From positions 40,359 through 104,358 of the forward strand of contig JALHMI010000019.1 in the NCBI GenBank assembly GCA_022844125.1: a stretch of 64,000 nucleotides of DNA, given 5' to 3'. Positions 29,694-38,225 of the stretch are shown one piece after another. This DNA comes from Pirellulales bacterium (lineage in GTDB: Bacteria; Planctomycetota; Planctomycetia; Pirellulales; PALSA-1355). The position numbers were made by a program, and so were the translations under genes. Below the pieces are notes generated by a model. It was not told where the DNA came from. It did no database searches and saw nothing but the letters and a program-made list of their open reading frames with translations. Numbering within the stretch: the first letter of the stretch is position 1; every line of letters starts with the position of its first letter.

Positions 29694-31652
29694 ATGTGCG
29701 GCATTGCCGGCGCCATCTGGACCAACCCCGCGGTGGAAGTCTCCGCCGACGTGCTGGCGCGGATGACCGAGGTGCTCACGCATCGCGGCCCGGATGATTT
29801 CGGCGCATACACCAGCGCGCTGAAGACGCAAGCCGTGGCGGGAACGTCGCCCGGCGTCGCGCTCGGGCATCGGCGGTTGTCGATCATCGACGTCGCCGGC
29901 GGGCATCAGCCCATGTCGAACGAAGACGGTTCGGTATGGATCGTCTTCAATGGCGAGATCTACAACCACCGCGACTTGCGCCGCCGGCTGGAAGGCGCGG
30001 GACATCAGTTCCGCACGCATTCGGATACCGAAGCGATCGTCCATTTGTACGAGGACGAGGGGCTCGACTTTCTCCAACACCTGGACGGGATGTTCGCCCT
30101 GGCAATCTGGGACGCGCGCCGCCGCAGGCTGGTGATCGCCCGCGACCGGCTGGGAAAGAAGCCGCTGTACTACCGGGCGGAGTCCGACCGCCTGCTGCTG
30201 GCCAGCGAACTCAAGAGCCTGCTCGAAGTGCCGGGAATCCAGCGCAGCATGGATCCCCGCGCGCTAGATGAGTACTTCACGCTGCAATATGTGCCCCATC
30301 CGCGCACGATCCTGCGGGGGTTCAACAAGCTGGCGCCCGCTCACTACGGCGTGTTTCAGGACGGAACGTTTCGCACGGAGCGGTACTGGCAGCCGGACTT
30401 CAACCTGGAGGTGGAACGCCCTCTGGCCGATGCGGCAGCCGAACTGCGCGAGCTTCTGACCAGGTCTGTCCAGGCTCGGCTCGAAGCCGACGTACCACTG
30501 GGCGCGTTTCTATCCGGCGGCGTCGACTCGTCGCTGATCGTCGGGCTGATGCAGCAATTGAGTCGCGAACGGGTGAAGACCTTTTCGATCGGCTTTCCGA
30601 TCGCCTCGTACGATGAGTCGCAATACGCGCGCCAGGTGGCCGAGCGACTAGGAACCGATCACCACGAGTTTCGTGTCCAGCCGCGCGCAGTCGAGGTGCT
30701 GGAAAAGCTGGTCTGGCACTACGACGAGCCGTTTGCCGACAGCTCGGCGATTCCGACCTACTACGTTTCCAAATTGACGCGCGAGTTCGTCACGGTGGCA
30801 CTCACGGGCGATGGCGGCGACGAACTGTTCGCGGGCTACGACCGCTATCAGGCCGTGCGGCTGGCGTCGTACCTGGATCATCTGCCGAGGGCGGTGAAGT
30901 CGCTACTTGCGCGACCGGGAAACGCCGGCTGGGGGCAAGATCGCCCGCAGCGGTCGCTGCTCAGGCGTTTGGGTCGCTTCAGCGAGGCCTTGAACTTCGG
31001 CCCCCAGCGACGATACCTGGAATGGGTCTCGATGTTCAACGAAGCCCGCCGGGCCGAACTCTACAGCGATGAGCTCATCGAGCAGCTTCCAGATCACGAT
31101 CCGTTTGAGTTTCTCTCGGATGCCTTCGGCGAGGTGAATCGCCGCGATCCGGTCACAGCGGCCAGCCTGGTGGACCTGGTCACTTACTTGCCGTGCGATC
31201 TGATGACGAAAGTGGACATCGCGTCGATGGCCAATAGCCTGGAGTGCCGGGCCCCGATGCTCGATCACCGGCTGGTGGAGTTCGCGGCCGCGCTGCCGCT
31301 GCGCTATAAGCTGCATCGTGGGCGCGGAAAGCGGATTCTGAAGCTGGCATTTCCGGAGCTATTGCCGGATAGCGTGACGCGCCGTCCGAAAATGGGTTTC
31401 GGCGTGCCGCTTGCACAGTGGTTTCGCGGCGAACTGCGCCAGTACGCTCACGATGTGCTGCTCGACGAGCGAGCTCGCGCGCGCGGGTATTTTCGCCAGG
31501 GCGCAGTCGAGCGCCTGCTGACCGAGCACAACACGGGCGCTTTCGACCACGGCTATCGCCTGTGGGGCCTCTTGGTCTTCGAGCTGTGGCATCGCTGTTG
31601 GCTCGACGGGCATAATCGTGCCAAGCTGGCCGAAACCATCAGCGCCGGATAA
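29694..31652 (+). CDS. asnB: asparagine synthase (glutamine-hydrolysing) family amidotransferase
   Basis: Ntn start MCGIAG (Cys2 nucleophile) fixes the start at 29694. HRGPD and HRRLSIID. PP-loop FLSGGVDSS. C-terminal ...PKMGFGVP. Confidence 0.9.
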   Translation: MCGIAGAIWTNPAVEVSADVLARMTEVLTHRGPDDFGAYTSALKTQAVAGTSPGVALGHRRLSIIDVAGGHQPMSNEDGSVWIVFNGEIYNHRDLRRRLEGAGHQFRTHSDTEAIVHLYEDEGLDFLQHLDGMFALAIWDARRRRLVIARDRLGKKPLYYRAESDRLLLASELKSLLEVPGIQRSMDPRALDEYFTLQYVPHPRTILRGFNKLAPAHYGVFQDGTFRTERYWQPDFNLEVERPLADAAAELRELLTRSVQARLEADVPLGAFLSGGVDSSLIVGLMQQLSRERVKTFSIGFPIASYDESQYARQVAERLGTDHHEFRVQPRAVEVLEKLVWHYDEPFADSSAIPTYYVSKLTREFVTVALTGDGGDELFAGYDRYQAVRLASYLDHLPRAVKSLLARPGNAGWGQDRPQRSLLRRLGRFSEALNFGPQRRYLEWVSMFNEARRAELYSDELIEQLPDHDPFEFLSDAFGEVNRRDPVTAASLVDLVTYLPCDLMTKVDIASMANSLECRAPMLDHRLVEFAAALPLRYKLHRGRGKRILKLAFPELLPDSVTRRPKMGFGVPLAQWFRGELRQYAHDVLLDERARARGYFRQGAVERLLTEHNTGAFDHGYRLWGLLVFELWHRCWLDGHNRAKLAETISAG

Positions 31653-31848
31653 TCCGCACGGCGTGCTTCCCCCCGCCGCAGTGCTACAAGCCGAACTGGT
31701 CAAGCGGCACTCCAGACGCGCGACATTGCAGGCGCTGAATAATCCCATCGGGCACTACAGGCCTTTAGCCAACCTTGCCGAATGGATAAGATGCAACGAC
31801 CGGCATTTGCAGGCCTTTAAACGGCAGCACCCCTGCGGAGAGAGCGGC

Positions 31849-33108
31849 ATGAAGAGCAACGTCCTGGCGGTGGTCCTGGCGGGAGGCAAAGGAGAACGAC
31901 TCGAACCCCTCACGCGCGATCGGGCCAAGCCGGCGGTGCCGTTTGGCGGAGGCTACCGGATCATCGACTTCACGCTGTCGAACTGCATCAACAGCGGGAT
32001 TCGCAAGATCCTGGTGCTCACGCAGTACAAAGCGATGAGCCTCGACAGGCATATCAATCTCGGCTGGCAGCGACTCTTGTGCCGCGAGCTGGGCGAATGG
32101 ATCGACGTCGTGCCACCGCAGCAGCGCATCGACGAGCACTGGTACCAGGGCACCGCGGACGCCGTTTATCAGAACATCTATGCGCTGGAAAAAGAGCGGC
32201 CCGAGTACGTCCTGATTCTGGCCGGCGACCATATCTACAAGATGGATTACGGCCGGCTAGTCGACTATCACATTGAGAATAACGCCGATCTGACAGTGGG
32301 CGCGCTGCGGGCTCCGGCCAGCGAATCGCGGCATTTCGGCACACTCCAGATCGACGAGAACGAGCGGATCATCGGCTTTCAGGAGAAACCGCTCGAACCG
32401 GCCACGATTCCCGGCGACCCGGACCATATCTTCGCCTCGATGGGCATTTACGTCTTCACGGCACGGTTCCTGTTCGAGCAGTTGTGCCTGGACGCGACCA
32501 AGCCCGGCAGCCGGCATGACTTCGGACACAACATCATTCCGGCCGTGATCGACACGCACCGCGTGTTTGCCTTCCCGTTCCGCGACGAGAATCGTAAGCA
32601 GGACTCGTATTGGCGAGACGTCGGCACGCTGGACGCGTACTTCGAAGCAAACATGGACCTGGTGTCCGTCGACCCGCAACTGAACATGTACGACGAGCAC
32701 TGGCCCATCCGCACCTACCTGCCGAACTACCCGCCGCCGAAGTCGGTGTTCGCGGAGGAGGGCCCGAACGCCCGCCGCGGCCAGGCGCTCGACAGCATCG
32801 TCTGCCAGGGCTCGATCATCTCCGGCGGCACGGTCGAGCGGTCGATCCTGGGAACCAATACCCGGATCAATAGTTTCGCGCACGTGCAGGATTCAATCCT
32901 GTTGGACCACGTGGACATCGGCCGGCATGCGCGTGTGCGGCGGGCGATCATCGACAAGCACGTGCGGATCCCGCCTGGCACCGAGATCGGTTTCGATCAC
33001 GAGCAGGATCGAGCGCGGGGGTTCATGGTGAGCGAAGGGGGCGTGGTCGTGATTGCCAAGGCGGACGGCGTGGACCACTTCAGCGAACCGGCCCTGCTTT
33101 ATCGCTGA
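31849..33108 (+). CDS. glgC: glucose-1-phosphate adenylyltransferase
   Basis: Start ATG 31849. VVLAGGKGERLEPLTRDRAKPAVPFGGGYRIIDFTLSNCINSGI, WYQGTADAV, ILAGDHIYKMDY and YWRDVGTLDAYFEANMDL are all classic GlgC blocks. Confidence 0.92.
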   Translation: MKSNVLAVVLAGGKGERLEPLTRDRAKPAVPFGGGYRIIDFTLSNCINSGIRKILVLTQYKAMSLDRHINLGWQRLLCRELGEWIDVVPPQQRIDEHWYQGTADAVYQNIYALEKERPEYVLILAGDHIYKMDYGRLVDYHIENNADLTVGALRAPASESRHFGTLQIDENERIIGFQEKPLEPATIPGDPDHIFASMGIYVFTARFLFEQLCLDATKPGSRHDFGHNIIPAVIDTHRVFAFPFRDENRKQDSYWRDVGTLDAYFEANMDLVSVDPQLNMYDEHWPIRTYLPNYPPPKSVFAEEGPNARRGQALDSIVCQGSIISGGTVERSILGTNTRINSFAHVQDSILLDHVDIGRHARVRRAIIDKHVRIPPGTEIGFDHEQDRARGFMVSEGGVVVIAKADGVDHFSEPALLYR

Positions 33109-33213
33109 TCGCCGGCTCTCGGATGGATTGATCGGCGGGAAACCGAAATGGTCGCTTCGCGTCCACGGTGCTGATCGTATCGGTGCCCGCACTCGCGGGG
33201 CCCCTTGCCCGAG

Positions 33214-33222
33214 TGCTAGAAT
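33214..33222 (+). promoter_or_regulatory. possible extended -10 promoter (TGcTAGAAT) of the ethylene-binding-domain kinase gene
   Basis: TG at 33214-33215 and TAGAAT at 33217-33222. No convincing -35. About 95 nt upstream of ATG 33317. Confidence 0.25.
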
Positions 33223-33316
33223 CGGCCCATCCCGGGTGGTCGCTCGCAGACCATAAGCAGCGTCACAACCTGGGGAAGTGCCGAGTCAATCTTTCCCGGT
33301 TTGGAGCGCCCCCGCT

Positions 33317-36154
33317 ATGTTCCGCGAAATCGGCGGATTCTTTACGCACTTGTTCGATGTCGAGGGTTTTCCGCCGCGCTGGTATTGCGGCAACTGGAGC
33401 GAAGGCCACGGCTGGCTGCACATTATCTCGGACCTCGGCGTCTGGACCGCTTACCTGGCGATTCCACTGGTGCTGTGGTACTTCGTGCTGCGCCGCCGCA
33501 CGCTGCCATTCCGGTTCATGTTCGTGCTGTTCGGAGCGTTCATCATTTTCTGCGGCACGACGCATCTGATGGAAGCGATCATCTTCTGGTGGCCGGCCTA
33601 TCGGCTGGCCGGCCTGATAAAGCTGGCCACCGCCGTCATTAGTTGGGCGACCGTGATCGCGCTGGTGCCGCTCTCCCCGAAGGTCCTCGGCATGCGCACG
33701 CCCGAGGAACTGGAGGCGATCGTTGAGGAGCGAACCGCTCAGCTCAACCGCGAAATCGAGGAACGCAAGCGGACCGAACGCGAACTGGCCCGGCAGCGTG
33801 AACTGCTGGAAGTCACGCTTTCCAGTATCGGCGATGCCGTGATCGCCACCGATACCGAGAAGCAGATCACGTTCATGAACCCGATCGCCGAGAAGCTGAC
33901 GGGCATGACCAACGCCGAGGCTAAGGGGCAGCCGCTCGACGGGGTGTTCCGGATCGTCAATGAGAACACACGGCAGCCAGTGGAGACTCCCTGCGACGCG
34001 GTGCTGCGCGAAGGGGTGATCGTGGGGCTGGCGAACCACACGGTGCTGATTGCGACGGATGGCCGCGAAACGCCGATCGACGATAGCGCGGCGCCAATTC
34101 GAGACAGCGAGGGAAGCGTGTTCGGCGTGGTGCTCGTGTTTCGCGACGCCACCGAGCAGCGCCGATACGTCGAAGCCCAGGAGCGGTTGGCCGCAATCGT
34201 CGAGAACTCGCAGGACGCGATCATCAGTCAGGACCTGGAGGGGAAAATCCTGAGCTGGAACCAGGGAGCTCAGAGGCTGTTCGGTTTCACCCCGGAGGAG
34301 GCGGTGGGGCGGTCAATCGAGATCGTCGTTCCGCCGGACATGCGCAGCGGGTACCAGCAGTCGATGCAGGCCCTGCGGCGCGGCGAGCCGGTGCAGTACA
34401 TCGACACCTTCCGAATACACAAGGACGGCACGCGGCTGGAAGTGTCCAGCCGGATCTCGCCGATCCGCGGGGGCGAGGGCCAGGTGATCGGCGCTTCAAA
34501 GATCTCGCACGACATCTCGGCCCAGAAACGCAACGAACGCGTCCTCAGGCTCTTCTCCGACGCGGGCACCGTGCTGTCCGTCCTCTCGGAAGAAGGCAGC
34601 ATGCTCGAGCGCCTGGCGCGGTTGACCGTGCCGCTGTTTGCCGACTGGTGCGTGGTCAGTATGATCGATCCCCACGGAAAGGTTAAAACCGTGGGCCGGG
34701 CGCACGGCGACGCGTCCAAGCAAGGCGTGCTGGACGAGTACCTCGCCAAGTACCCTCTGGATTGGAATGTTTCGTCGATCACCATGAATGTCCTGCGCTC
34801 GGGGCAGCCGGAGTTGATCAGCGACATGCCCGCGGCGGTGCTCGACGCATTGGCGACGGACGAGCAACACCGTGAGCTGTTGGGCAAGCTCTCGCCACGG
34901 TCGGTGTTGGTGGTGCCGATCGCGATTCGCGGCAAGACGGTGGGAGCGATCTCGTTTGCCTTGAACCATTCGTTCCGCCGCTACTCGGTGGATGACGTAT
35001 CCGTGGCAACCGAACTTGCGCGCCGGGCGGCCACGGCAATCGAAAACGCCCGGCTGTATCAAGAGCTACAGGAAGCGCAGCGGCAAAAAGATGACTTCCT
35101 GGCGATGCTGGCGCACGAGCTGCGCAATCCACTGGCGGCGATTCAGTACGCCAACCAGATCGCACAGCTTTCGCAGGCGCCCAGCGAAGAAGCCCACGAG
35201 ACGATTGATCGGCAAGTCAAGAGCCTCGCCCATCTGATCGACGATCTGCTGGACGTCTCGCGGATCACGCGAGACAAAATCCACCTCAAGAAAGAACACA
35301 TCGATGGCGCGATGCTCGCGCGGCGGGCGGCCGCGAGCATTCATCCCGTGATTGAGGGTCGCAAGCACGAACTCGAGGTGGATATTCCTCCGCAGCCACT
35401 GCCACTCCTGGTCGATCCGACCCGGCTCGAGCAGATTCTCGTGAACCTGCTGAGCAATGCAGCCAAGTACACACCCGAAGGAGGCAAGATCGCGCTGCGA
35501 TGTTTTGCCGAGGGGAATCAGGCGGTGTTTCAGGTCGAGGACAACGGCATCGGTATGCCCACCGAAGCGCTGCCGCGCGTGTTCGAACTGTTCACGCAGG
35601 TCGACCGCTCGCTCGACCGTTCGCAAGGCGGCCTGGGCATTGGCCTGACGGTCGTGCGCAAGCTGGCAGAAATGCACGGCGGGAGCGTGTCCGCCGACAG
35701 CCGGGGCTTGGGGCAAGGCAGCGTGTTCACCGTGCGATTGCCGCTCAGTGACGCGCCGCTCGACGCCGGCGCGCCGCAAGCCAAGCCACCACTAATGACC
35801 CAGCCTCGCCGCATTCTCGTGGTGGACGACAACGTCGATACGGCGAACAGCGTCGCCACGCTGCTTAAGCTGGCGGGACATGAAGTCTCGCTGGCACACG
35901 ACGGCCTGGCGGCGATCGACGCGGCCAAGCATTCGCACCCGGAGATCGTGCTGCTCGACATCGGTCTGCCAGGACTCGATGGCTATGCGGTCGCGCGCAC
36001 CTTGCGCGATCATCCCGAGTTGGCAAACGCGAAGCTGATTGCGGTGTCAGGTTACGGTCAGCCGGAAGATCGCCGCCGCGCACACGAGGCCGGCTTTGAC
36101 GAGCACCTGGTGAAGCCAGTGGCCTTCGACAAGCTGCTGTCGCTGATCAATTGA
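33317..36154 (+). CDS. hybrid sensor histidine kinase/response regulator with N-terminal ethylene-binding-domain-like membrane module, 2 PAS, GAF, HisKA, HATPase, REC
   Basis: Start ATG 33317 (MFREIGG). The N-terminal three helices match the ETR1 ethylene-binding domain (see findings). PAS blocks SIGDAVIATDTEKQITFMNP and SQDAIISQDLEGKILSWNQGA. H-box LAMLAHELRNPL. G-boxes DNGIGMP and GGLGIGLTVV. Receiver ILVVDDN...LLDIGLPGLDG...KLIAVSGYG...KP. Confidence 0.9.
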   Translation: MFREIGGFFTHLFDVEGFPPRWYCGNWSEGHGWLHIISDLGVWTAYLAIPLVLWYFVLRRRTLPFRFMFVLFGAFIIFCGTTHLMEAIIFWWPAYRLAGLIKLATAVISWATVIALVPLSPKVLGMRTPEELEAIVEERTAQLNREIEERKRTERELARQRELLEVTLSSIGDAVIATDTEKQITFMNPIAEKLTGMTNAEAKGQPLDGVFRIVNENTRQPVETPCDAVLREGVIVGLANHTVLIATDGRETPIDDSAAPIRDSEGSVFGVVLVFRDATEQRRYVEAQERLAAIVENSQDAIISQDLEGKILSWNQGAQRLFGFTPEEAVGRSIEIVVPPDMRSGYQQSMQALRRGEPVQYIDTFRIHKDGTRLEVSSRISPIRGGEGQVIGASKISHDISAQKRNERVLRLFSDAGTVLSVLSEEGSMLERLARLTVPLFADWCVVSMIDPHGKVKTVGRAHGDASKQGVLDEYLAKYPLDWNVSSITMNVLRSGQPELISDMPAAVLDALATDEQHRELLGKLSPRSVLVVPIAIRGKTVGAISFALNHSFRRYSVDDVSVATELARRAATAIENARLYQELQEAQRQKDDFLAMLAHELRNPLAAIQYANQIAQLSQAPSEEAHETIDRQVKSLAHLIDDLLDVSRITRDKIHLKKEHIDGAMLARRAAASIHPVIEGRKHELEVDIPPQPLPLLVDPTRLEQILVNLLSNAAKYTPEGGKIALRCFAEGNQAVFQVEDNGIGMPTEALPRVFELFTQVDRSLDRSQGGLGIGLTVVRKLAEMHGGSVSADSRGLGQGSVFTVRLPLSDAPLDAGAPQAKPPLMTQPRRILVVDDNVDTANSVATLLKLAGHEVSLAHDGLAAIDAAKHSHPEIVLLDIGLPGLDGYAVARTLRDHPELANAKLIAVSGYGQPEDRRRAHEAGFDEHLVKPVAFDKLLSLIN

Positions 36155-36173
36155 GCTCGTGAGGACGCAGCGC

Positions 36174-36236
36174 AAAAAAAGGCCCCCGGAAAGGCTGTGT
36201 CCCAGGGGGGCAGAGGACACAAACCTTTTCCGGGAG
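36174..36236 (-). terminator. intrinsic terminator (minus-strand polarity; may also stop the + strand kinase transcript)
   Basis: Outer stem CCCGGAAAGG / CCTTTTCCGGG and inner stem GTGTCC / GGACAC. The A7 run at 36174-36180 on the plus strand is a U7 tail on the minus strand. Lies 20 nt past the kinase stop. Confidence 0.6.
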
Positions 36237-36481
36237 CGATTGGACGCTCAGCAAGCCGCTGTTTCAGAAAACAGCTACTTGCGACGCACGCAGTTGTACG
36301 CGAAGCGTACTGCCCGCATCCTTGCTGGCAGATTCCGCTTCGTGGTCCGCAGCAACGCCGCGTTTTGGACACGCTTCGCTGCCGGTGCAGACCCATCCAA
36401 TTGGCCTGGAGTGTCTTGCTCGCAATCGGCGGCAATGTGTGGCGGATCGCTGGTCCGCTCGACTGATTGCCCCCGACGTGA
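36174..36481 (-). ncRNA. candidate novel ~300-nt non-coding RNA (orphan promoter-to-terminator unit)
   Basis: Minus-strand TTGACC-N17-TATTCT promoter (36516-36488), no credible ORF, internal hairpins (e.g. 36258-36275 GCTGTTT-CAGA-AAACAGC), and a compound terminator hairpin 36181-36236 followed on the minus strand by 7 U (36174-36180). Not matched by eye to any RNA family I know. Confidence 0.3.
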
Positions 36482-36487
36482 GGCGGG

Positions 36488-36516
36488 AGAATAGGAGAAT
36501 CGCCACCAGGGGTCAA
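36488..36516 (-). promoter_or_regulatory. sigma-70-like promoter TTGACC-N17-TATTCT, preceded by phased A-tract decamers
   Basis: Plus-strand GGTCAA at 36511-36516 and AGAATA at 36488-36493, with a 17-nt spacer. Upstream on the minus strand are GGAAATTGGCC GGAAAACCGC GGAAAACCGC (36517-36550) at about one helical turn spacing. Confidence 0.45.
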
Positions 36517-36570
36517 GGGCGGTTTTCCGCGGTTTTCCGGCCAATTTCCGCACTCTTCGCACAGCTCGCG

Positions 36571-36611
36571 AAATAAAAAAAGCGGCCCGAGAAAACTTTC
36601 TCTCGGGCCGC
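36571..36611 (-). terminator. intrinsic terminator of the MORN-repeat gene
   Basis: GCGGCCCGAGAAA / TTTCTCGGGCCGC stem (36582-36611), followed on the minus strand by TTTTTTTATTT (36571-36581). Lies 36 nt past the stop at 36647. Confidence 0.75.
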
Positions 36612-36646
36612 TTGAATGGATTCTCGAACCGCATGCGCCCGCTAAT

Positions 36647-38038
36647 TTAGCGAACCGCGGGACGCTGCGATTGGTTGCCACGCGGGGCCGGAGCCGGGCG
36701 ACGGGCGGTGTTGGCCGGCGTCTTGCTCGGAGCGGGCGCGGCCGGAACCGCCAGCGGCTCAAGCTGACGCGGCGTTTCGATCACCACGCCTTCGGAGTGC
36801 GAGAGATCCGCGGACTGCACCACGCGACCATCTTCGTGCCACCAGGTCCAGCGGCCGGTCGGATTGCCATGGGCATATTCGCCTTCGATTGACTTCTGAC
36901 CATTGGCGTGCCACCAGGTCCAATCGCCATCCTGCTTGCCGCGATCAAAGGTGCCTTCAAGGGCCCGCTGACCGTTCGAGTGCCACCAGGTGAATTTGCC
37001 CACCTGCAGGTCGTGTTCGTAGGCGCCTTGCAGTTGCATCTGACCGCTGGGGAACCAACTCGTCCAGGGACCGTGCTTTTCATCCTTACCACTCTTCACC
37101 GTGGTCAGGAGCTTGCAGGTCCACCAATCGTCGGGCGTGTGCTCGACGTCCTTGGCGAACAGATACACGCCTTCGGACTTCTTGGCTTTGCCGTCCTTGT
37201 AGTACGCGGTCTTGGAGGCGATCTTACGGCCTTCTTCGTACTGTTCCTTCACTCGGACCGTGCCGTCCGGAGCCCATTCAAAGTAGTCACCCTGCATGTC
37301 GCCGTGGACGAAAGTCGCTTCGCGCATCTTCTTGTCGTTGGTGAACCACCAGGTCGAAGTGCCGTTGCGCTTGCCCTTTTCGAAAGACCACTGGCTGATC
37401 TTGCGGGTCTTGCCGTCGTAGATCGTCCACAGGCCGTCGAGCAGATCGTTCTTGAACTCGGCCTGCGAGATGAACGGTCCGGGGAACAGCGAGTAGGGCG
37501 CCTTCGAGAGAATGTTGGCTTCCTGCACGCTGCGATACCAGCGAATCCAGACGCCCGTGCGATTGCCGTACTCGTACTGACCCTGGACTTGCAAGTTGCC
37601 TCGCTCGTCCCACATCTTCCACGATCCATGGTTGACGTAGTTGCCGGCGGCGTCCTGGGTGGTTTCGCGTTCGATGCGAATCGAACCGTTCGGGAATCGC
37701 TCCTTGATCAACTCGACGCCGTCTTCGGCCGGAGCGTCGTCCTCGCTCGACAGCGCTTCGTCCGCATCTTTCGTCTCGTCCATCGCGACGGGTTTATCCT
37801 CAGCCGGCTGATCCAGCGGCTGGGCAACTTCGTCGCCCGCGGTGTACGGATAAGAATCGGCGGTCGACTCTTCTTCGTCGGCAGGTAGCTCGACAACGTA
37901 ATCGGCGGCCTGGGGCTCGTGGGCTGCCTGCACGACCGGCTGGCTGGGCTTGCGGCCGTCAGCGGCTTGCGTGGGCATTGCCGAGACCAGCGCCATTCCC
38001 AGCGTCAGCGGCGTGATCCAGTTCGTGGCGCGTAACAT
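36647..38038 (-). CDS. secreted MORN-repeat (YwqK-like) protein
   Basis: ATG 38038 with AAGGAG 6 nt upstream. Signal peptide MLRATNWITPLTLGMALVSAMPTQA. Acidic linker, then repeated G-x-W-x-x-W-x-x-NGQ...G-x-Y units (e.g. DGDWTWWHANGQKSIEGEYAHGNPTGRWTWWHEDG). Confidence 0.8.
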   Translation of the reverse strand: MLRATNWITPLTLGMALVSAMPTQAADGRKPSQPVVQAAHEPQAADYVVELPADEEESTADSYPYTAGDEVAQPLDQPAEDKPVAMDETKDADEALSSEDDAPAEDGVELIKERFPNGSIRIERETTQDAAGNYVNHGSWKMWDERGNLQVQGQYEYGNRTGVWIRWYRSVQEANILSKAPYSLFPGPFISQAEFKNDLLDGLWTIYDGKTRKISQWSFEKGKRNGTSTWWFTNDKKMREATFVHGDMQGDYFEWAPDGTVRVKEQYEEGRKIASKTAYYKDGKAKKSEGVYLFAKDVEHTPDDWWTCKLLTTVKSGKDEKHGPWTSWFPSGQMQLQGAYEHDLQVGKFTWWHSNGQRALEGTFDRGKQDGDWTWWHANGQKSIEGEYAHGNPTGRWTWWHEDGRVVQSADLSHSEGVVIETPRQLEPLAVPAAPAPSKTPANTARRPAPAPRGNQSQRPAVR

Positions 38039-38225
38039 TCCGCACTCCTTTGCTAGCATGAATATCTAGCACCGTCCCTGTCTTGGTGCTAAACGGTCCT
38101 TGCCGGAAGTATCGGCAAAACCGCCCCGGCCGCTTGTGGGGATTTCGCGGAGAGAGCGCAATAATTGGTCGTCTGACAACCAGCGTTCCAACCAGCAACC
38201 GAAATCGGGGCGCGACGGACACACG

